A stretch of 53,800 bases of DNA from Candidatus Poriferisocius aerobius. Lineage in GTDB: Bacteria > Actinomycetota > Acidimicrobiia > Acidimicrobiales > Bin134. Below, piece after piece: positions 9,470 through 19,965 of the stretch. The position numbers were made by a program, and so were the translations under genes. Each line of letters begins with the position of its first letter. Position 1 is the first letter of the stretch. Under the pieces are notes generated by a model. It was not told the DNA's origin. It made no database searches and worked only from the letters and a program-made list of their open reading frames with translations. The DNA lies in the NCBI GenBank assembly GCA_028278955.1, contig JAPYOC010000073.1:1-53800 (forward strand), in the 5' to 3' direction.

Positions 9470-9817
9470 CTAGTGGTGTGTCACAGAAATAATCGCGCGT
9501 GTCCTGCTCGCCAGCGACGCCGCTCGCGGCGTTGCGGCTCCTCGCCGTACGCAGGGGGTATGGCTTCGTCGCCGCGCCTTGCTGTCGGTGATCTCTGGGT
9601 CTCCCAGCTGGGCCAGGATTTGGCGGTGGTTGTGGCGTCCGCCCTGCTTCGCTTTGGTGATGAGCCTCTCGGCTACCGGGCGCATGGCCTTGGCCTTGGC
9701 CTCGGTGGTGGTAATTCCCTCAGCCGCGATCAGCGATGCGACCAAGTTGGCCAGCATCAGCTTCTGGTGCTGAGAGCTGCCGCCGAAGCGGGACCCTTTG
9801 CGCGGTCGTCCGGGCAT
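9470..9817 (-). CDS. rplQ: 50S ribosomal protein L17 (C-terminal third atypical)
   Basis: The N-terminal 80 aa are clearly L17: MPGRPRKGSRFGGSSQHQKLMLANL..ITTTEAKAKAMRP.AERLIT.AK. The last 35 aa lack the GGYTRI / GD.A.MA.IELV motifs. Confidence 0.8.
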   Translation of the reverse strand: MPGRPRKGSRFGGSSQHQKLMLANLVASLIAAEGITTTEAKAKAMRPVAERLITKAKQGGRHNHRQILAQLGDPEITDSKARRRSHTPCVRRGAATPRAASLASRTRAIISVTHH

Positions 9818-9831
9818 GGCAGTTTCCTTGT

Positions 9832-10773
9832 CTACGAACGGGGTCCGGCCAACGCCAGGCCGCGTTCGTCCAGCTTCTCGTTCACCTCGTCCAATGACTT
9901 CTGGCCGAAGTTGGTGATGGCCAGCAGTTCGTCCTCGGTGCGGGCTAGCAGCTCGCCGATGATGTTGATCTGGGCTCGCTTGAGGCAGTTGCGGGGCCGC
10001 TCAGACAAGTCGAGGTCTTCGATGGGCAGATCGAGTTCGGGGGATCCGGCCGGAGCGCTGCCCGCTTCGGCCATGCTCAGGCCTTGGGGTTGGTCGCTCA
10101 TCTCCTCGACCAGTTGAACCAGGGTGCGCAAGGTGGCGCCGGCCGAGGCCAGCGCATCTTGGGGGGTGATGGACCGGTCGGTTTCGATGTCGAGCACGAG
10201 ACGGTCGAACTCCGTGGACTGCTCCACCCGGGTGGGCTCCACGTCGTAGGCCACCCGGCGCACCGGGGAGAAGATGGAGTCAATAGGGATCACGCCGATG
10301 GTGGAGTCCAGCCGGTTGGCGTCGGCTGCGACGTAGCCCCGGCCCTGGGCGATGGTGATGTCCATCGCCAGGCGGGCCTTGTCGTTCAAGCGGGCGATGA
10401 CCAAGTCGGGGTTCAACACCTCAATGTCGGGGTTCACCGCCAGGCTGGCCCCGGTGAGTTCGCCCGGACCCCGGTGGTCGATGCGAAGCTCGACCGGCTC
10501 GGTGCTGTGGCACCGCAACACCAGATCCTTCAGGTTCAAGATGATGTCGGTCACGTCCTCGGCCACGCCGCGGATGGTGTCGAACTCGTGGAGGGCGTCG
10601 TCGAAGCGGGCCCGGATCACCGCGGCGCCGGGAATCGACGACAGCAGGGCCCGGCGCAGAGAGTTGCCGAGCGTGTGTCCGAAGCCCGGCTCCAGCGGTC
10701 CAATGGCGAATTTCTGGCGGTTGTCTTCGAGCTCGGTAACCGACTCGACAGTGGGTCGTTGCATTACCAGCAT
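9832..10773 (-). CDS. rpoA: DNA-directed RNA polymerase subunit alpha
   Basis: 313 aa with the motif GPLEPGFGHTLGNSLRRALLSSIPGAAV. Confidence 0.95.
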   Translation of the reverse strand: MLVMQRPTVESVTELEDNRQKFAIGPLEPGFGHTLGNSLRRALLSSIPGAAVIRARFDDALHEFDTIRGVAEDVTDIILNLKDLVLRCHSTEPVELRIDHRGPGELTGASLAVNPDIEVLNPDLVIARLNDKARLAMDITIAQGRGYVAADANRLDSTIGVIPIDSIFSPVRRVAYDVEPTRVEQSTEFDRLVLDIETDRSITPQDALASAGATLRTLVQLVEEMSDQPQGLSMAEAGSAPAGSPELDLPIEDLDLSERPRNCLKRAQINIIGELLARTEDELLAITNFGQKSLDEVNEKLDERGLALAGPRS

Positions 10774-10853
10774 GTTCCGGCTCCCTCGGTTCTTGGAATG
10801 GTGATGGTCAACTTGGTCGAAAGCTCTTTATGAGCAGGCGAGAGGCAGCAGGC

Positions 10854-11471
10854 CTACTTGCTGTAGAGCTCGACGATGAGCTGTTCTCTAACTGGCACAT
10901 CGATCTGCTCCCGCACCGGCACGTCTCGCACGGTGGCCTCGAAGCCGTCATCGGCTCGCCCCAACCAGGCCGGCGGTGTTCGATCTAAGACATCGAGGTT
11001 CCACCCCACCACGATCATTTCACGGGCCTTGTCCCGCAGGGCCACGACGTCTCCCTTGCGCAGCCGATAGCTGGGAATGTTCACCCGGCTCCCGTTCACG
11101 TTGAGATGGCCGTGGGAGACGAGTTGGCGGGCCTGGGGCCGGGTGGCCCCCCACCCGAGGCGGTAAACCACGTTGTCGAGCCGCAACTCCAAGAAGCGCA
11201 GCATGTTCTCGCCGGTGACCCCCTTGTGGCGGGCCGCCTCTTTGAAGATATTGCCGAACTGGCGCTCGTTGAGCCCGTAGGTATAGCGGGCCTTCTGCTT
11301 CTCCTGAAGCTGGAGCAGGTACTCTGAGACATTGCCTCGCCGCCGCGACCGGCCGTGCTCGCCGGGGGGATAGGGCCGGCGTTCCAAGGCGACGGTCTCT
11401 CCCTTGGTGCCCCAAACGTTCACCCCGAGGCGCCGGGAAACCCGCGATCGCGGACCGGTATAGCGGGACAT
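10854..11471 (-). CDS. rpsD: 30S ribosomal protein S4
   Basis: An internal ATG of ORF 10854..11609 gives MSRYTGPRSRVSRRLG... The start lies 1 nt after the rpsK stop. Confidence 0.93.
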   Translation of the reverse strand: MSRYTGPRSRVSRRLGVNVWGTKGETVALERRPYPPGEHGRSRRRGNVSEYLLQLQEKQKARYTYGLNERQFGNIFKEAARHKGVTGENMLRFLELRLDNVVYRLGWGATRPQARQLVSHGHLNVNGSRVNIPSYRLRKGDVVALRDKAREMIVVGWNLDVLDRTPPAWLGRADDGFEATVRDVPVREQIDVPVREQLIVELYSK

Positions 11472-11472
11472 G

Positions 11473-11871
11473 TCAGACCCTCCGCCGCTTGGCCGGGCGG
11501 CAGCCGTTGTGGGGCAGGGGGGTGATGTCTTTGATGCCGGTGATCTCGATGCCCACCCCTTGGAGGGAGCGAATGGCGGTCTCGCGGCCCGAACCCGGTC
11601 CGCGGACATGCACGTCCACCTTGCGAACCCCGTGCTCCATGGCCTTGCGACCGGCTTGCTCGGCGGCCATCTGCGCCGCGAACGGGGTGGATTTGCGGGA
11701 CCCCTTGAAGCCGACGTTGCCTGCCGACGCCCAAGAGATCACATTCCCCTGCTGGTCGGCGATGGTCACGATGGTGTTGTTGAAGGAGCTTTTGATGTGG
11801 GCCACCCCATAGGAGATGTTCTTGCGCTCCCGGCGGCGGGGCCGACGCCCTGCGGCTGATGGCTTGGCCAT
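11473..11871 (-). CDS. rpsK: 30S ribosomal protein S11
   Basis: [30 protein letters not shown]. Confidence 0.95.
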   Translation of the reverse strand: MAKPSAAGRRPRRRERKNISYGVAHIKSSFNNTIVTIADQQGNVISWASAGNVGFKGSRKSTPFAAQMAAEQAGRKAMEHGVRKVDVHVRGPGSGRETAIRSLQGVGIEITGIKDITPLPHNGCRPAKRRRV

Positions 11872-11893
11872 TAGCGGTTCGTCCTTTCCTGCT

Positions 11894-12274
11894 TCACTTC
11901 TTCATCACTTTCTTCTTGCCGGTCACGGTCTTCTTCGGCCCCTTGCGGGTGCGGGCGTTGGTGTGGGTGCGCTGGCCGCGCACCGGGAGTCCCCGCCGGT
12001 GGCGCAGACCTTGGTAGCAGCCGATCTCCATCTTGCGCTTGACGTCTTGGCTGGTCTCCCGGCGCAGGTCGCCTTCCACCCGGAGACCGCCCTCGATGAA
12101 GTTGCGCAGCCGGGCCACTTCCTCGTCGGTGAGGTCGCGCAGCCGGGTGCTCTCGTCGATGTCGGTCTGGACGCACACCTGGCGGGCCAGGGTTGGCCCG
12201 ATGCCGTAGATGTAGGTGAGGGAGACAACGGTTCGCTTCTCCCGCGGGATGTCGACGCCAGCGATACGGGCCAT
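11894..12274 (-). CDS. rpsM: 30S ribosomal protein S13
   Basis: [22 protein letters not shown]. Confidence 0.95.
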   Translation of the reverse strand: MARIAGVDIPREKRTVVSLTYIYGIGPTLARQVCVQTDIDESTRLRDLTDEEVARLRNFIEGGLRVEGDLRRETSQDVKRKMEIGCYQGLRHRRGLPVRGQRTHTNARTRKGPKKTVTGKKKVMKK

Positions 12275-12277
12275 CGC

Positions 12278-12391
12278 TCAGCCCTGCCGCTGCTTGTGGC
12301 GGGGATTGCTGCAGATCACCCGCACGCGTCCATGCCGGCGTATGACCTTGCATTTATCGCAGATTTTCTTGACACTGGGACGGACTTTCAC
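12278..12391 (-). CDS. rpmJ: 50S ribosomal protein L36
   Basis: Too short for the ORF track. Hand translation of the minus strand gives (GTG)[36 protein letters not shown], 37 aa, between infA and rpsM. Confidence 0.9.
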   Translation of the reverse strand: MKVRPSVKKICDKCKVIRRHGRVRVICSNPRHKQRQG

Positions 12392-12451
12392 GGTCTGCCT
12401 TTCGATGATCCGCCGGGCACGGTGGCAATGGGCATAGAGGTGGCGTTGGGG

Positions 12452-12676
12452 CTACTTGTACCGATAGGTGATTCGGCCCCGCTGAAGGTCGTAGGGCGTC
12501 AACTCCACTTGGACCCGATCACCGGGGAGAATCCGGATGTAGTGCATCCTCATCTTGCCGGAGATGTGGGTCAGCACTTTGTGCCCGTTCTCAAGTTCGA
12601 CTCGGAACATGGCGTTGGGAAGAGACTCGGTGACCGTCCCTTCCATGATGATGGCATCTTCCTTGTTTTTCGCCAA
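12452..12676 (-). CDS. infA: translation initiation factor IF-1
   Basis: [49 protein letters not shown] prefer the TTG at 12676 (74 aa, canonical length). The longest ORF starts at 12703. Confidence 0.9.
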   Translation of the reverse strand: MAKNKEDAIIMEGTVTESLPNAMFRVELENGHKVLTHISGKMRMHYIRILPGDRVQVELTPYDLQRGRITYRYK

Positions 12677-12730
12677 GGGCGACCTCTCCTGACGGCTTGG
12701 CAAGCTTGTGCAGTAAACCGCGCGAACAAA

Positions 12731-12747
12731 GGCTCTATATCAGAGCC
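12731..12747 (-). terminator. small hairpin with a T-tract between adk and infA (weak terminator or processing-site candidate)
   Basis: The minus strand reads GGCTCT-GATAT-AGAGCC followed by TTTGTT. The stem is only 6 bp. Confidence 0.25.
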
Positions 12748-12805
12748 AAGGGGTAATCGTATCGGCCGGCATCGCCGGGAACAAACCGACCGGCCATCGC
12801 AAGGG

Positions 12806-13366
12806 CTATGGAAGAGCGTCGATTGCCGCTGAGATGCGGGCGAGCACCTCGCCCTCGGTTCCCAGCCCATCGACGACGGCCAGGCAGCCCCGCGTCTCAA
12901 ACCAGGCCAGCAGCGGGGCAGTCTCGGCCTCGTACAGCTCCAGTCGCCGGGAAATAGCCTCCTCGGTATCGTCGTCGCGGCCGCGGGCCAGCATCCGCTC
13001 GGTTACCTCCGCGATGGGCACGTCGAGGTTGATGGCCAGGTCTGGCCCGCTCTGGCCGAGGATCTCGGCCAGAGCGTCGGCTTGGGCGGTGGTGCGGGGA
13101 AACCCGTCTAGGACAACGCCGTGGACCCCAATGTCGTCAGCGGACAGCCGCTCGTCCACAATGCCGATCATGATGTCGTCGCCGACCAGGTTGCCGGCGT
13201 CTATCACCGCTTTGGCCCGAAGCCCCAACTCGGTGCCCGCGGCCACCGAGGCCCGCAGCATGTCGCCGGTGGAGATGTGGACTACGCCGTAGCGCTTGGA
13301 CAGCAAGGCGGCTTGGGTGCCTTTGCCCGAGCCTTGGCGGCCCAATATCACCAGCACCAGCGGCAT
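12806..13366 (-). CDS. adk: adenylate kinase (short form)
   Basis: ILGRQGSGKGTQA P-loop; 186 aa. Confidence 0.92.
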   Translation of the reverse strand: MPLVLVILGRQGSGKGTQAALLSKRYGVVHISTGDMLRASVAAGTELGLRAKAVIDAGNLVGDDIMIGIVDERLSADDIGVHGVVLDGFPRTTAQADALAEILGQSGPDLAINLDVPIAEVTERMLARGRDDDTEEAISRRLELYEAETAPLLAWFETRGCLAVVDGLGTEGEVLARISAAIDALP

Positions 13367-13430
13367 TGCTTCCCAGCTCCTTGACTCATGGACTCGAAAA
13401 GGAGGGGCGGCTTGCCTTGCGGGCCACTGG

Positions 13431-14780
13431 TCACTTCAAGAAGCCCTCGTAGTTTCTCATCATGAGCTGGCTGTCGATCTGCTTCATGGTCTCGAGCGCC
13501 ACGCCCACGGCGATGAGCACGGAGATGCCGCTGAAGCTGTACGCCGTTGCGCTCTGGCTGTCGATGTATTGGGACAGGGCGATAGCGGGAATGACCGCCA
13601 CCGCCGCGATGAAGAGCGCTCCGGGCAGCGTGATGCGAGACAGGATGCGGCCCAGGTAGCGCTCGGTTTGGCGGCCGGGCCGGATGCCGGGGATGAATCC
13701 GCCCTGCTTGCGGATCTGGTCGGCCTGCTTGACCGGGTCGAAGGTGATGGCGGTGTAGAAGTAGGCGAACCCCACGATCATCAGGGCGAAGACCACCAGG
13801 TAAACCGTGTCGGCCGGGTCTCCCAAATGGGTGTTCACCCAGTTCTGGACGCTTTCTCCCCAGGTGTTGTGGTCGGGGTCGGAATCTGAGGGCAGCACGG
13901 CTGAGAGCAGGATCGGCATGTACAGAACCGAGCTGGCGAAGATGATGGGTATCACCCCCGACTGGTTCACTTTCAGCGGGATGTAGGTGCTCTGGCCGCC
14001 AGCCATGCGCCGGCCCACCACCCGCTTGGCGAACTGCACCGGTATCTGCCGCTGCCCGTTCTCCACGAATACGATGGCTACCAAGAGGGCCAGGTACATG
14101 AGGCCGATGACGAACACCGCGCCCCAGCCTTCCGATGCCTTCACCAACGAGAACTGGTTGGGGATGGTGGACACCACTGAGGCGAAGATAATCAGTGACA
14201 TGCCGTTGCCGATGCCCTTTTGGGTGATGAGCTCGCCCATCCACATCAACAGGGCGGTGCCGGCGGTGAGGGTAAGCACCACCAGGAAAACCCTGGGGGC
14301 GGTGAAGTTGGGCAGCAGGTCGATGGCCTGGTTGGCGTTGCCGCCCGTGAGGCCGAGCCCGCCGCCGCCGTTGTGGAACAGGAAGGAGAACGAGGTGGCT
14401 TGGATGATGGCGATGGCGATGGTCAGGTACCGGGTCCACTGGGTGATCTTGCGCTGGCCCACCGCGCCCTGGTTCTGCCATTGCTCGATGCGGGGAATGA
14501 CCACGCCGAGCACCTGCATGATGATGGACGCGGTGATGTAGGGGAAGATGCCCAGGGCGAAGATGGCGAACTGCGACAAGGCGCCACCGGAGAAGAAGTT
14601 CAACAGCCCGGTGACCCCGCCGGCGTCGGCCTGGTTGCGGAGCTGGTCGACGGCATCGAGGTCGACGCCGGGGGAGGGAATGGCCACACCGAGGCGGAAT
14701 ATCACCAGCATCGACAGTGTGAACAGGATCTTGTTCCGCAGGTCGGCGACCCGGAACATATTCGTAACCCTCGTGAGCAC
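13431..14780 (-). CDS. secY: preprotein translocase subunit SecY
   Basis: 449 aa, multi-pass hydrophobic protein, in the canonical position between rplO and adk. Confidence 0.95.
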   Translation of the reverse strand: MLTRVTNMFRVADLRNKILFTLSMLVIFRLGVAIPSPGVDLDAVDQLRNQADAGGVTGLLNFFSGGALSQFAIFALGIFPYITASIIMQVLGVVIPRIEQWQNQGAVGQRKITQWTRYLTIAIAIIQATSFSFLFHNGGGGLGLTGGNANQAIDLLPNFTAPRVFLVVLTLTAGTALLMWMGELITQKGIGNGMSLIIFASVVSTIPNQFSLVKASEGWGAVFVIGLMYLALLVAIVFVENGQRQIPVQFAKRVVGRRMAGGQSTYIPLKVNQSGVIPIIFASSVLYMPILLSAVLPSDSDPDHNTWGESVQNWVNTHLGDPADTVYLVVFALMIVGFAYFYTAITFDPVKQADQIRKQGGFIPGIRPGRQTERYLGRILSRITLPGALFIAAVAVIPAIALSQYIDSQSATAYSFSGISVLIAVGVALETMKQIDSQLMMRNYEGFLK

Positions 14781-14816
14781 GGCGACCCCTTCTTCTGCGA
14801 ACCCGTCGGGTTTCGG

Positions 14817-15302
14817 CTATCGGTTGGTGAGGGCGTTGCCCCTGGCTGGCGGCCGCCCGGTGAAAGGCTTGGGCAACACCTCTACGCTACCGCCCGCAGC
14901 GACGATGGCCGCCTTCGCCGATTCCGAGAAACCGTGGGCTTTCACCGTGACAGCCCGGGTCAGCTCGCCGCGGCCGAGCACTTTGGCCAGAGCCCCCTTG
15001 TGCAGGAGGCCTTGCTGATGGAGCACCTCGGGGTTGATCTCATCGAGCCCAGTGGCCTCGATGATGTCGAGGTTGATGGCCTGGTACTCCACGCGGAACG
15101 GGTTCTTGAACCCCCGAAGCTTGGGCACCCGCCGGGCCAGGGGCATCTGGCCGCCCTCGAATCCGACCGGGATCTTGCTGCGGGCCCGCTGGCCCTTGGT
15201 TCCCCGCCCGGCGGTCTTGCCGCCTTTGCCGGCGATGCCCCGAGCCTTGCGCTGGGCCTGCTTGCGGGCGCCTGGCGCCGGTTTCAGATCGTGGACTTTC
15301 AT
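14817..15302 (-). CDS. rplO: 50S ribosomal protein L15
   Basis: MKVHDLKPAPGARK..GKGGKTAGRGTKGQ. ATGA overlap with the rpmD stop. Confidence 0.92.
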   Translation of the reverse strand: MKVHDLKPAPGARKQAQRKARGIAGKGGKTAGRGTKGQRARSKIPVGFEGGQMPLARRVPKLRGFKNPFRVEYQAINLDIIEATGLDEINPEVLHQQGLLHKGALAKVLGRGELTRAVTVKAHGFSESAKAAIVAAGGSVEVLPKPFTGRPPARGNALTNR

Positions 15303-15484
15303 GACTCCTCGGTCTCCTCCCAAGCGATCAAGTGGGACACCCTGTCGATCATCCCCCTGATTTCGGGGGCATCGGGCAGGGTGTTGGTTTGGCCGATACC
15401 CCGCAGGCCCAAAGCTCGCAGCGTGCCCCGCTGCTTGGGCCGGGTGCCGATCTGAGATCGGATTTGAGTGACTTTGATAGCCAT
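15299..15484 (-). CDS. rpmD: 50S ribosomal protein L30
   Basis: The last 61 aa of ORF 15299..16105 read MAIKVTQIRSQIGTRPKQRGTLRALGLRGIGQ. Confidence 0.9.
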   Translation of the reverse strand: MAIKVTQIRSQIGTRPKQRGTLRALGLRGIGQTNTLPDAPEIRGMIDRVSHLIAWEETEES

Positions 15485-15489
15485 GGACG

Positions 15490-16074
15490 CTATTCCTGGT
15501 CGTGTGCCGGCCTCGCAGCCGACAGGCGCTCTGATTGCCGGTAGGCGGCCAGCAGGCCGGCGGGCACGAACTCGTCGGCGGGGATACCCCGGTGGCGGGC
15601 CACCTCGTCGGGCCGCTTCAGGGCTTTGAGCCCGGCGATGGTAGCCCGAGCCACGTTGATGTGGTTGGGAGAGCCCAGCGATTTGCACAGCACGTCGCCG
15701 ATCCCGGCCTCCTCTAAGATGGCGCGCGCCGCTCCCCCGGCGATCACGCCGGTGCCTGGCGCCGCTGGCTTGAGCAGCACCCTCCCGGCGCCCATCTCGC
15801 CGATAACCGGGTGGGTGATGGTGGAAGCGGCCAGCGGAACCCGAAACAGGTTGCGCCGAGCCTCCTCGGTGCCCTTCTGAATGGCCAAGGGCACCTCTTT
15901 GGCCTTGCCGTAGCCCAGTCCGACCCGGCCCGCGCCGTCGCCGATCACGACCAGCGCGGTGAATGAGAAGCGCCGACCGCCCTTGACTACTTTGGCCACT
16001 CGGTTGATGTTGATCACGCGAGAGTCGCGCAGCTGCCCGTCGCCGGCGAGCGTGGACGGCGAAGTGTCGGTCAT
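15490..16074 (-). CDS. rpsE: 30S ribosomal protein S5
   Basis: Internal ATG. Motifs: [36 protein letters not shown]. Confidence 0.92.
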   Translation of the reverse strand: MTDTSPSTLAGDGQLRDSRVININRVAKVVKGGRRFSFTALVVIGDGAGRVGLGYGKAKEVPLAIQKGTEEARRNLFRVPLAASTITHPVIGEMGAGRVLLKPAAPGTGVIAGGAARAILEEAGIGDVLCKSLGSPNHINVARATIAGLKALKRPDEVARHRGIPADEFVPAGLLAAYRQSERLSAARPAHDQE

Positions 16075-16120
16075 GGTCGCCGCCCGGAGGAATCTGGGGA
16101 GGCATTGGGGATGATGGTCA

Positions 16121-16483
16121 CTAGAACTCCAGTCCGGTTTCTCGGGCGGAATCGGCCAAGGCGGCGACCCGTCCGTGGTAGCGGAAGCCGCCCCGGTCGA
16201 AGACAACCGCGGTGATGTTCTTCTCCTTGGCTCGCTCGGCGATGAGCTTGCCCACCGCCGCGGCGCCGGCCACGTTTCCGGTGGGGCCGGACCGCAAGCC
16301 GGCCTCGGTGGTGGACGCCGAGGCCAGGGTATGGCCCGCGGCATCGTCAATGAGCTGGGCCATGATGTGGCGGTTGGACCGGTAGACGGCCAGGCGCGGA
16401 CGCTCGGCAGTGCCCCCGATCTTCTTGCGAACCCGGCGGTGGCGCCGGATCCGGCCCTCGTGTTTGTGTTTGACGCTGCTCAT
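16121..16483 (-). CDS. rplR: 50S ribosomal protein L18
   Basis: [32 protein letters not shown]. Confidence 0.93.
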   Translation of the reverse strand: MSSVKHKHEGRIRRHRRVRKKIGGTAERPRLAVYRSNRHIMAQLIDDAAGHTLASASTTEAGLRSGPTGNVAGAAAVGKLIAERAKEKNITAVVFDRGGFRYHGRVAALADSARETGLEF

Positions 16484-16536
16484 CGGTACTCCGTCGTCTT
16501 ATTGCCGTTCCTGCGGCCAATGCTTGCCCATCCGGA

Positions 16537-17076
16537 TCACTTCGCGGCCTTCCCGGCTTTGCGGATAATCCGCTCACCGGCATAGCGGATGCCCTTTCCC
16601 CGGTAAGGCTCGGGTTTGCGAACCGCCCGGATGTCGGCGGCCACTTGCCCGACGGCCTGTTTGTCGATCCCCAGCACATGGATGCTCGTCTGGTTGGGCA
16701 CCTCGAACGTGACGCCGTCGGGGGCGTCCACGTGTACCGGATGGCTGAAGCCCAGTTGCAGCTCGATCTTGCTGCTGCCGTGGGCGACAGCCCGGTAGCC
16801 CACTCCGACGATCTCCAGTTCTTTGCGGTAGCCCTCGCTGACGCCGGTGACCATGTTGGCCAGAAGCGAGCGACTCAACCCGTGCAAGGCTTTCGTGTTG
16901 CGCTGGTCGTCGGCTCTCTCGACCAAGACGAAGCCGCTTTCAATCCGGGCCGAGATGGTGTCGGGGAGGCTGTGCTCCAGCGATCCTCGGCGGCCGGTGA
17001 CGGTGACGCGGGCCCCGTCGATGGCGATATCCACGCCGTCAGGCACTGGAATCGGGTTCTTTCCAACTCGTGACAA
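16537..17076 (-). CDS. rplF: 50S ribosomal protein L6
   Basis: MSRVGKNPIPVPDGVD..; 179 aa. Confidence 0.95.
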   Translation of the reverse strand: MSRVGKNPIPVPDGVDIAIDGARVTVTGRRGSLEHSLPDTISARIESGFVLVERADDQRNTKALHGLSRSLLANMVTGVSEGYRKELEIVGVGYRAVAHGSSKIELQLGFSHPVHVDAPDGVTFEVPNQTSIHVLGIDKQAVGQVAADIRAVRKPEPYRGKGIRYAGERIIRKAGKAAK

Positions 17077-17086
17077 CGCCGGCCTC

Positions 17087-17491
17087 CTACCAGACCACGC
17101 AGACGACTTCGCCGCCCATGCGGCGCCGGCGAGCCTCGCGGTCGCTCATGAGCCCCTTGCTGGTGGACACGATGGCCATTCCCAATCCGCCCAGCACTCG
17201 GGGGATGTTCTCAGACTTGGAGTACACCCGCAGGCCGGGCTTGGACACTCGAGTGATGCCGGAGATGACCCGCTTGCGCTGGTCGGAGTACTTCATGTCG
17301 ATGGTGAGGGTGTGCCCAGGACCGTTCGAGGCCTCCGCCACCGCGAAGCCGTCGATATAGCCCTCTTGCTCGAGGACGCCGGCCAGCGCCACCTTCATCT
17401 TGGATGACGGCATCCGCACTTCGTCGCGCATGGCGGTGTTGGCGTTGCGGATGCGGGTCAACATGTCGGCGATGGGGTCGGTCATAGTCAC
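17087..17491 (-). CDS. rpsH: 30S ribosomal protein S8
   Basis: [13 protein letters not shown] motif. Confidence 0.95.
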   Translation of the reverse strand: MTMTDPIADMLTRIRNANTAMRDEVRMPSSKMKVALAGVLEQEGYIDGFAVAEASNGPGHTLTIDMKYSDQRKRVISGITRVSKPGLRVYSKSENIPRVLGGLGMAIVSTSKGLMSDREARRRRMGGEVVCVVW

Positions 17492-17533
17492 AGTGGCATC
17501 ACCTCATCAGGGTTGTTCATCGCTTCAGCCTCC

Positions 17534-17719
17534 TCACCAACTCGCCTTGGTCAGGCCGGGGATCTCGCCGGCATGGGCCAGCTCCCGCAAGCACACTCGA
17601 CAAAGGCCGAACTTGCGGTACACGGCTCGGGATCGGCCGCAGCGTCGGCAGCGGGTGTAGGCCCGTACCTTGAACTTCGGCGTTCGCTGTTGCTTTTGGA
17701 TAAGCGCCTTTTTTGCCAT
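17534..17719 (-). CDS. rpsN: 30S ribosomal protein S14, zinc-binding type Z
   Basis: 61 aa with CRRCGR..CRVCLRE cysteines. Confidence 0.93.
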   Translation of the reverse strand: MAKKALIQKQQRTPKFKVRAYTRCRRCGRSRAVYRKFGLCRVCLRELAHAGEIPGLTKASW

Positions 17720-17723
17720 TGCG

Positions 17724-18293
17724 TTACTGTCCCTCGGCTCGGAATGGGAAAGAGAAGGCCTCGAGCAGCGCCCGGCCCTCGGTGTCGGTGGTTGCGGTGG
17801 TGACGATTGTGATGTCCATGCCTCTGATGACGTCGATGGAGTCGTAGTCGATTTCGGGGAAGATCAGCTGTTCGGTGACTCCGAAGGAATAGTTCCCGTT
17901 CCCGTCGAAAGAGCGGGGCGACAGGCCTCGGAAATCCCGGATTCGGGGGATGGCCAGATTGATGAGGCGATCCAGAAACTCCCACATGCGGGGCCCTCGC
18001 AAGGTGACCTTGGCGCCGATAGGGTTCCCTTCGCGGATCTTGAAGTTGGCGATGGACTTCTTGGCCCGGGTGATGACGGGGCGCTGGCCTGCGATGGTGG
18101 TCAGATCGGCCATCGCGCCGTCGAGCAGCCTGGCTTGAGCCACGGCTTCGCCGACGCCCATGTTGACGACGATCTTCTCGAACCGGGGCACCTGCATGAT
18201 GTTGTCCAGCCCCAGCTGCTCTTTGACCTGGTCGCGGAGTTCTTCTCGATACAGGGTTTGCAGCCGGGGGGCCGTCGCCGCAGCAGCCATCAC
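17724..18293 (-). CDS. rplE: 50S ribosomal protein L5
   Basis: [26 protein letters not shown]. Confidence 0.95.
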   Translation of the reverse strand: MMAAAATAPRLQTLYREELRDQVKEQLGLDNIMQVPRFEKIVVNMGVGEAVAQARLLDGAMADLTTIAGQRPVITRAKKSIANFKIREGNPIGAKVTLRGPRMWEFLDRLINLAIPRIRDFRGLSPRSFDGNGNYSFGVTEQLIFPEIDYDSIDVIRGMDITIVTTATTDTEGRALLEAFSFPFRAEGQ

Positions 18294-18598
18294 AGATCAA
18301 CTCCCGTGCGCCGGCAGACGCGGATTTTCTGCCCGTCGGTGTCGAACCGGTAGCCCACCCGGGTGGGCCGGCCGTCGGCTGGGCTTATCACCGCCACGTT
18401 GGAGGCCCGGATGGGCATCTCCTTGTCGATGATGCCGGTCTGCATGATCCCCTGGCGAGGTCCTTGGTGTTTGGTGGCGACGTTCACGCCGTCCACGATC
18501 ACCGTTTTCTCGGCCGGGAAGGCGAACATGACCTCCCCCTCTTTGCCCCGGTCTTTGCCGCTGAGCACCCGGACTCGATCTCCCTTGCGGACCTTCAT
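18290..18598 (-). CDS. rplX: 50S ribosomal protein L24
   Basis: An internal ATG gives [23 protein letters not shown] (KOW motif). Confidence 0.92.
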   Translation of the reverse strand: MKVRKGDRVRVLSGKDRGKEGEVMFAFPAEKTVIVDGVNVATKHQGPRQGIMQTGIIDKEMPIRASNVAVISPADGRPTRVGYRFDTDGQKIRVCRRTGVDL

Positions 18599-18602
18599 AG
18601 CG

Positions 18603-18971
18603 CTAGAGCACCTCCGGGGCAAGCGACACGATGCGCATGAAGCGCTTGTCGCGCAGTTCTCGCCCCACCGGGCCGAAGATGCGAGTCCCCCGGGGTTGCT
18701 GCTGGTCGTTGATGAGGACGGCGGCGTTCTCATCGAAGCGGATGTAGGAGCCGTCTTTGCGGCGCTTTTCCTTTTTGGCCCGGACCAGCACGCAGTGCAC
18801 CACCTCGCCCTTGCGGACGGCGGCGCCGGGCATCGCGTCTTTCACGGTGGCCACGAACACGTCGCCAATGGTGGCGTAGCGCTTGCGGGACGAGCCCAGC
18901 ACGCGGATGCACAGCACCTCTTTGGCCCCGGAATTGTCAGCCACCTTCACCCGGGTCTCCTGCTGGATCAT
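18603..18971 (-). CDS. rplN: 50S ribosomal protein L14
   Basis: [26 protein letters not shown]; 122 aa. Confidence 0.95.
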   Translation of the reverse strand: MIQQETRVKVADNSGAKEVLCIRVLGSSRKRYATIGDVFVATVKDAMPGAAVRKGEVVHCVLVRAKKEKRRKDGSYIRFDENAAVLINDQQQPRGTRIFGPVGRELRDKRFMRIVSLAPEVL

Positions 18972-19267
18972 CGGGCCCGCTCCACGATTTCCAGCAGCCG
19001 CCACCGCTTGGTCTTGGACAGAGGGCGGGTCTCCTGCACGCGCACCCTGTCGCCCACCGCGAGTTGGTTGGACTCGTCGTGGACATACAGACGGGTGTTG
19101 CGCTGCACGGTCTTGTTGTACCGGCGGTGGCGGACGCGATCGGTGGAGACCACCACCGCGGTCTTGTCCATGGAGACCGACGACACCACCCCCTCACGAA
19201 CCTTGCGACTCCTGCGCTGGATCGTGGCGTCGGCCGTTTCAGGCGAATCAACGTCTGCGTCAGCCAT
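18968..19267 (-). CDS. rpsQ: 30S ribosomal protein S17
   Basis: [16 protein letters not shown].. and RYNKT..VHDE motifs. Confidence 0.93.
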   Translation of the reverse strand: MADADVDSPETADATIQRRSRKVREGVVSSVSMDKTAVVVSTDRVRHRRYNKTVQRNTRLYVHDESNQLAVGDRVRVQETRPLSKTKRWRLLEIVERAR

Positions 19268-19499
19268 TGCCGGCCTCCTGCATCTGGGCTTGTTGGGCTT
19301 CGGCGGCTTGGATCTCGCGCGTCCGCAGCTCGGTCATGGCTCGGGCCACTTCTTTTTTGGCCTCCTTCAGCCGGGCGGTGTTGTCCAGACGGCCAGTTAC
19401 GATTTGAAAGCGGAGCTTGAACACCTCGTCCTTGGCCTCGTCTAGCCGCTCGATGAGGTCGGCGTCGCTCAGGTTCTGCCAGTTGGCTTTGCGGGCCAT
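19260..19499 (-). CDS. rpmC: 50S ribosomal protein L29
   Basis: 79 aa reading LSDADLIERLDEAKDEVFKLRFQ. Confidence 0.9.
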   Translation of the reverse strand: MARKANWQNLSDADLIERLDEAKDEVFKLRFQIVTGRLDNTARLKEAKKEVARAMTELRTREIQAAEAQQAQMQEAGNG

Positions 19500-19545
19500 G
19501 ACTACCGCCTCTTTTGGGGTTGGGTGGTCTCGTGGATCATGGCGG

Positions 19546-19959
19546 TCACCCTTCTTGGCGCTCGACGAACCGAGCCTTGATCGGGAGCTTCTGGATTCCC
19601 CGCTCGATGGCCGTGCGGGCCACCTCGCGGTCGTGGTAGGACAGCTCGAACAGGATGCGGCCCGGTTTCACCACTGCCACCCACCGTTCTGGGTTTCCCT
19701 TGCCCGAGCCCATCCGGGTCTCAGCGGGCTTCTCGGTGACCGGTTTGTCGGGGAAGATGTTGATCCAGACCTTGCCGCCCCGGCGGATATGCCGGGTGAT
19801 GGCGATACGGGTGGCCTCGATTTGGCGCGCCGTGATCCACCCCGGCTCGAGGGCCTTGATGCCGTACTCGCCGAAGGAAACTGTGGTTCCCCCCTTGGCG
19901 ATCCCCTTGGTTCGGCCTCGATGGTGCTTGCGGTGCTTGACTTTTTTGGGCATCAACAT
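19546..19959 (-). CDS. rplP: 50S ribosomal protein L16
   Basis: [25 protein letters not shown]. Confidence 0.95.
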   Translation of the reverse strand: MLMPKKVKHRKHHRGRTKGIAKGGTTVSFGEYGIKALEPGWITARQIEATRIAITRHIRRGGKVWINIFPDKPVTEKPAETRMGSGKGNPERWVAVVKPGRILFELSYHDREVARTAIERGIQKLPIKARFVERQEG

Positions 19960-19965
19960 GGTGTG

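Noticed and set aside
11816-15455. ORFs 11816..12832 (+), 13348..14481 (-) and 14220..15455 (+)
   Set aside because: They are antisense or off-frame to rpsM, rpmJ, infA, adk, secY and rplO. None shows family signatures.
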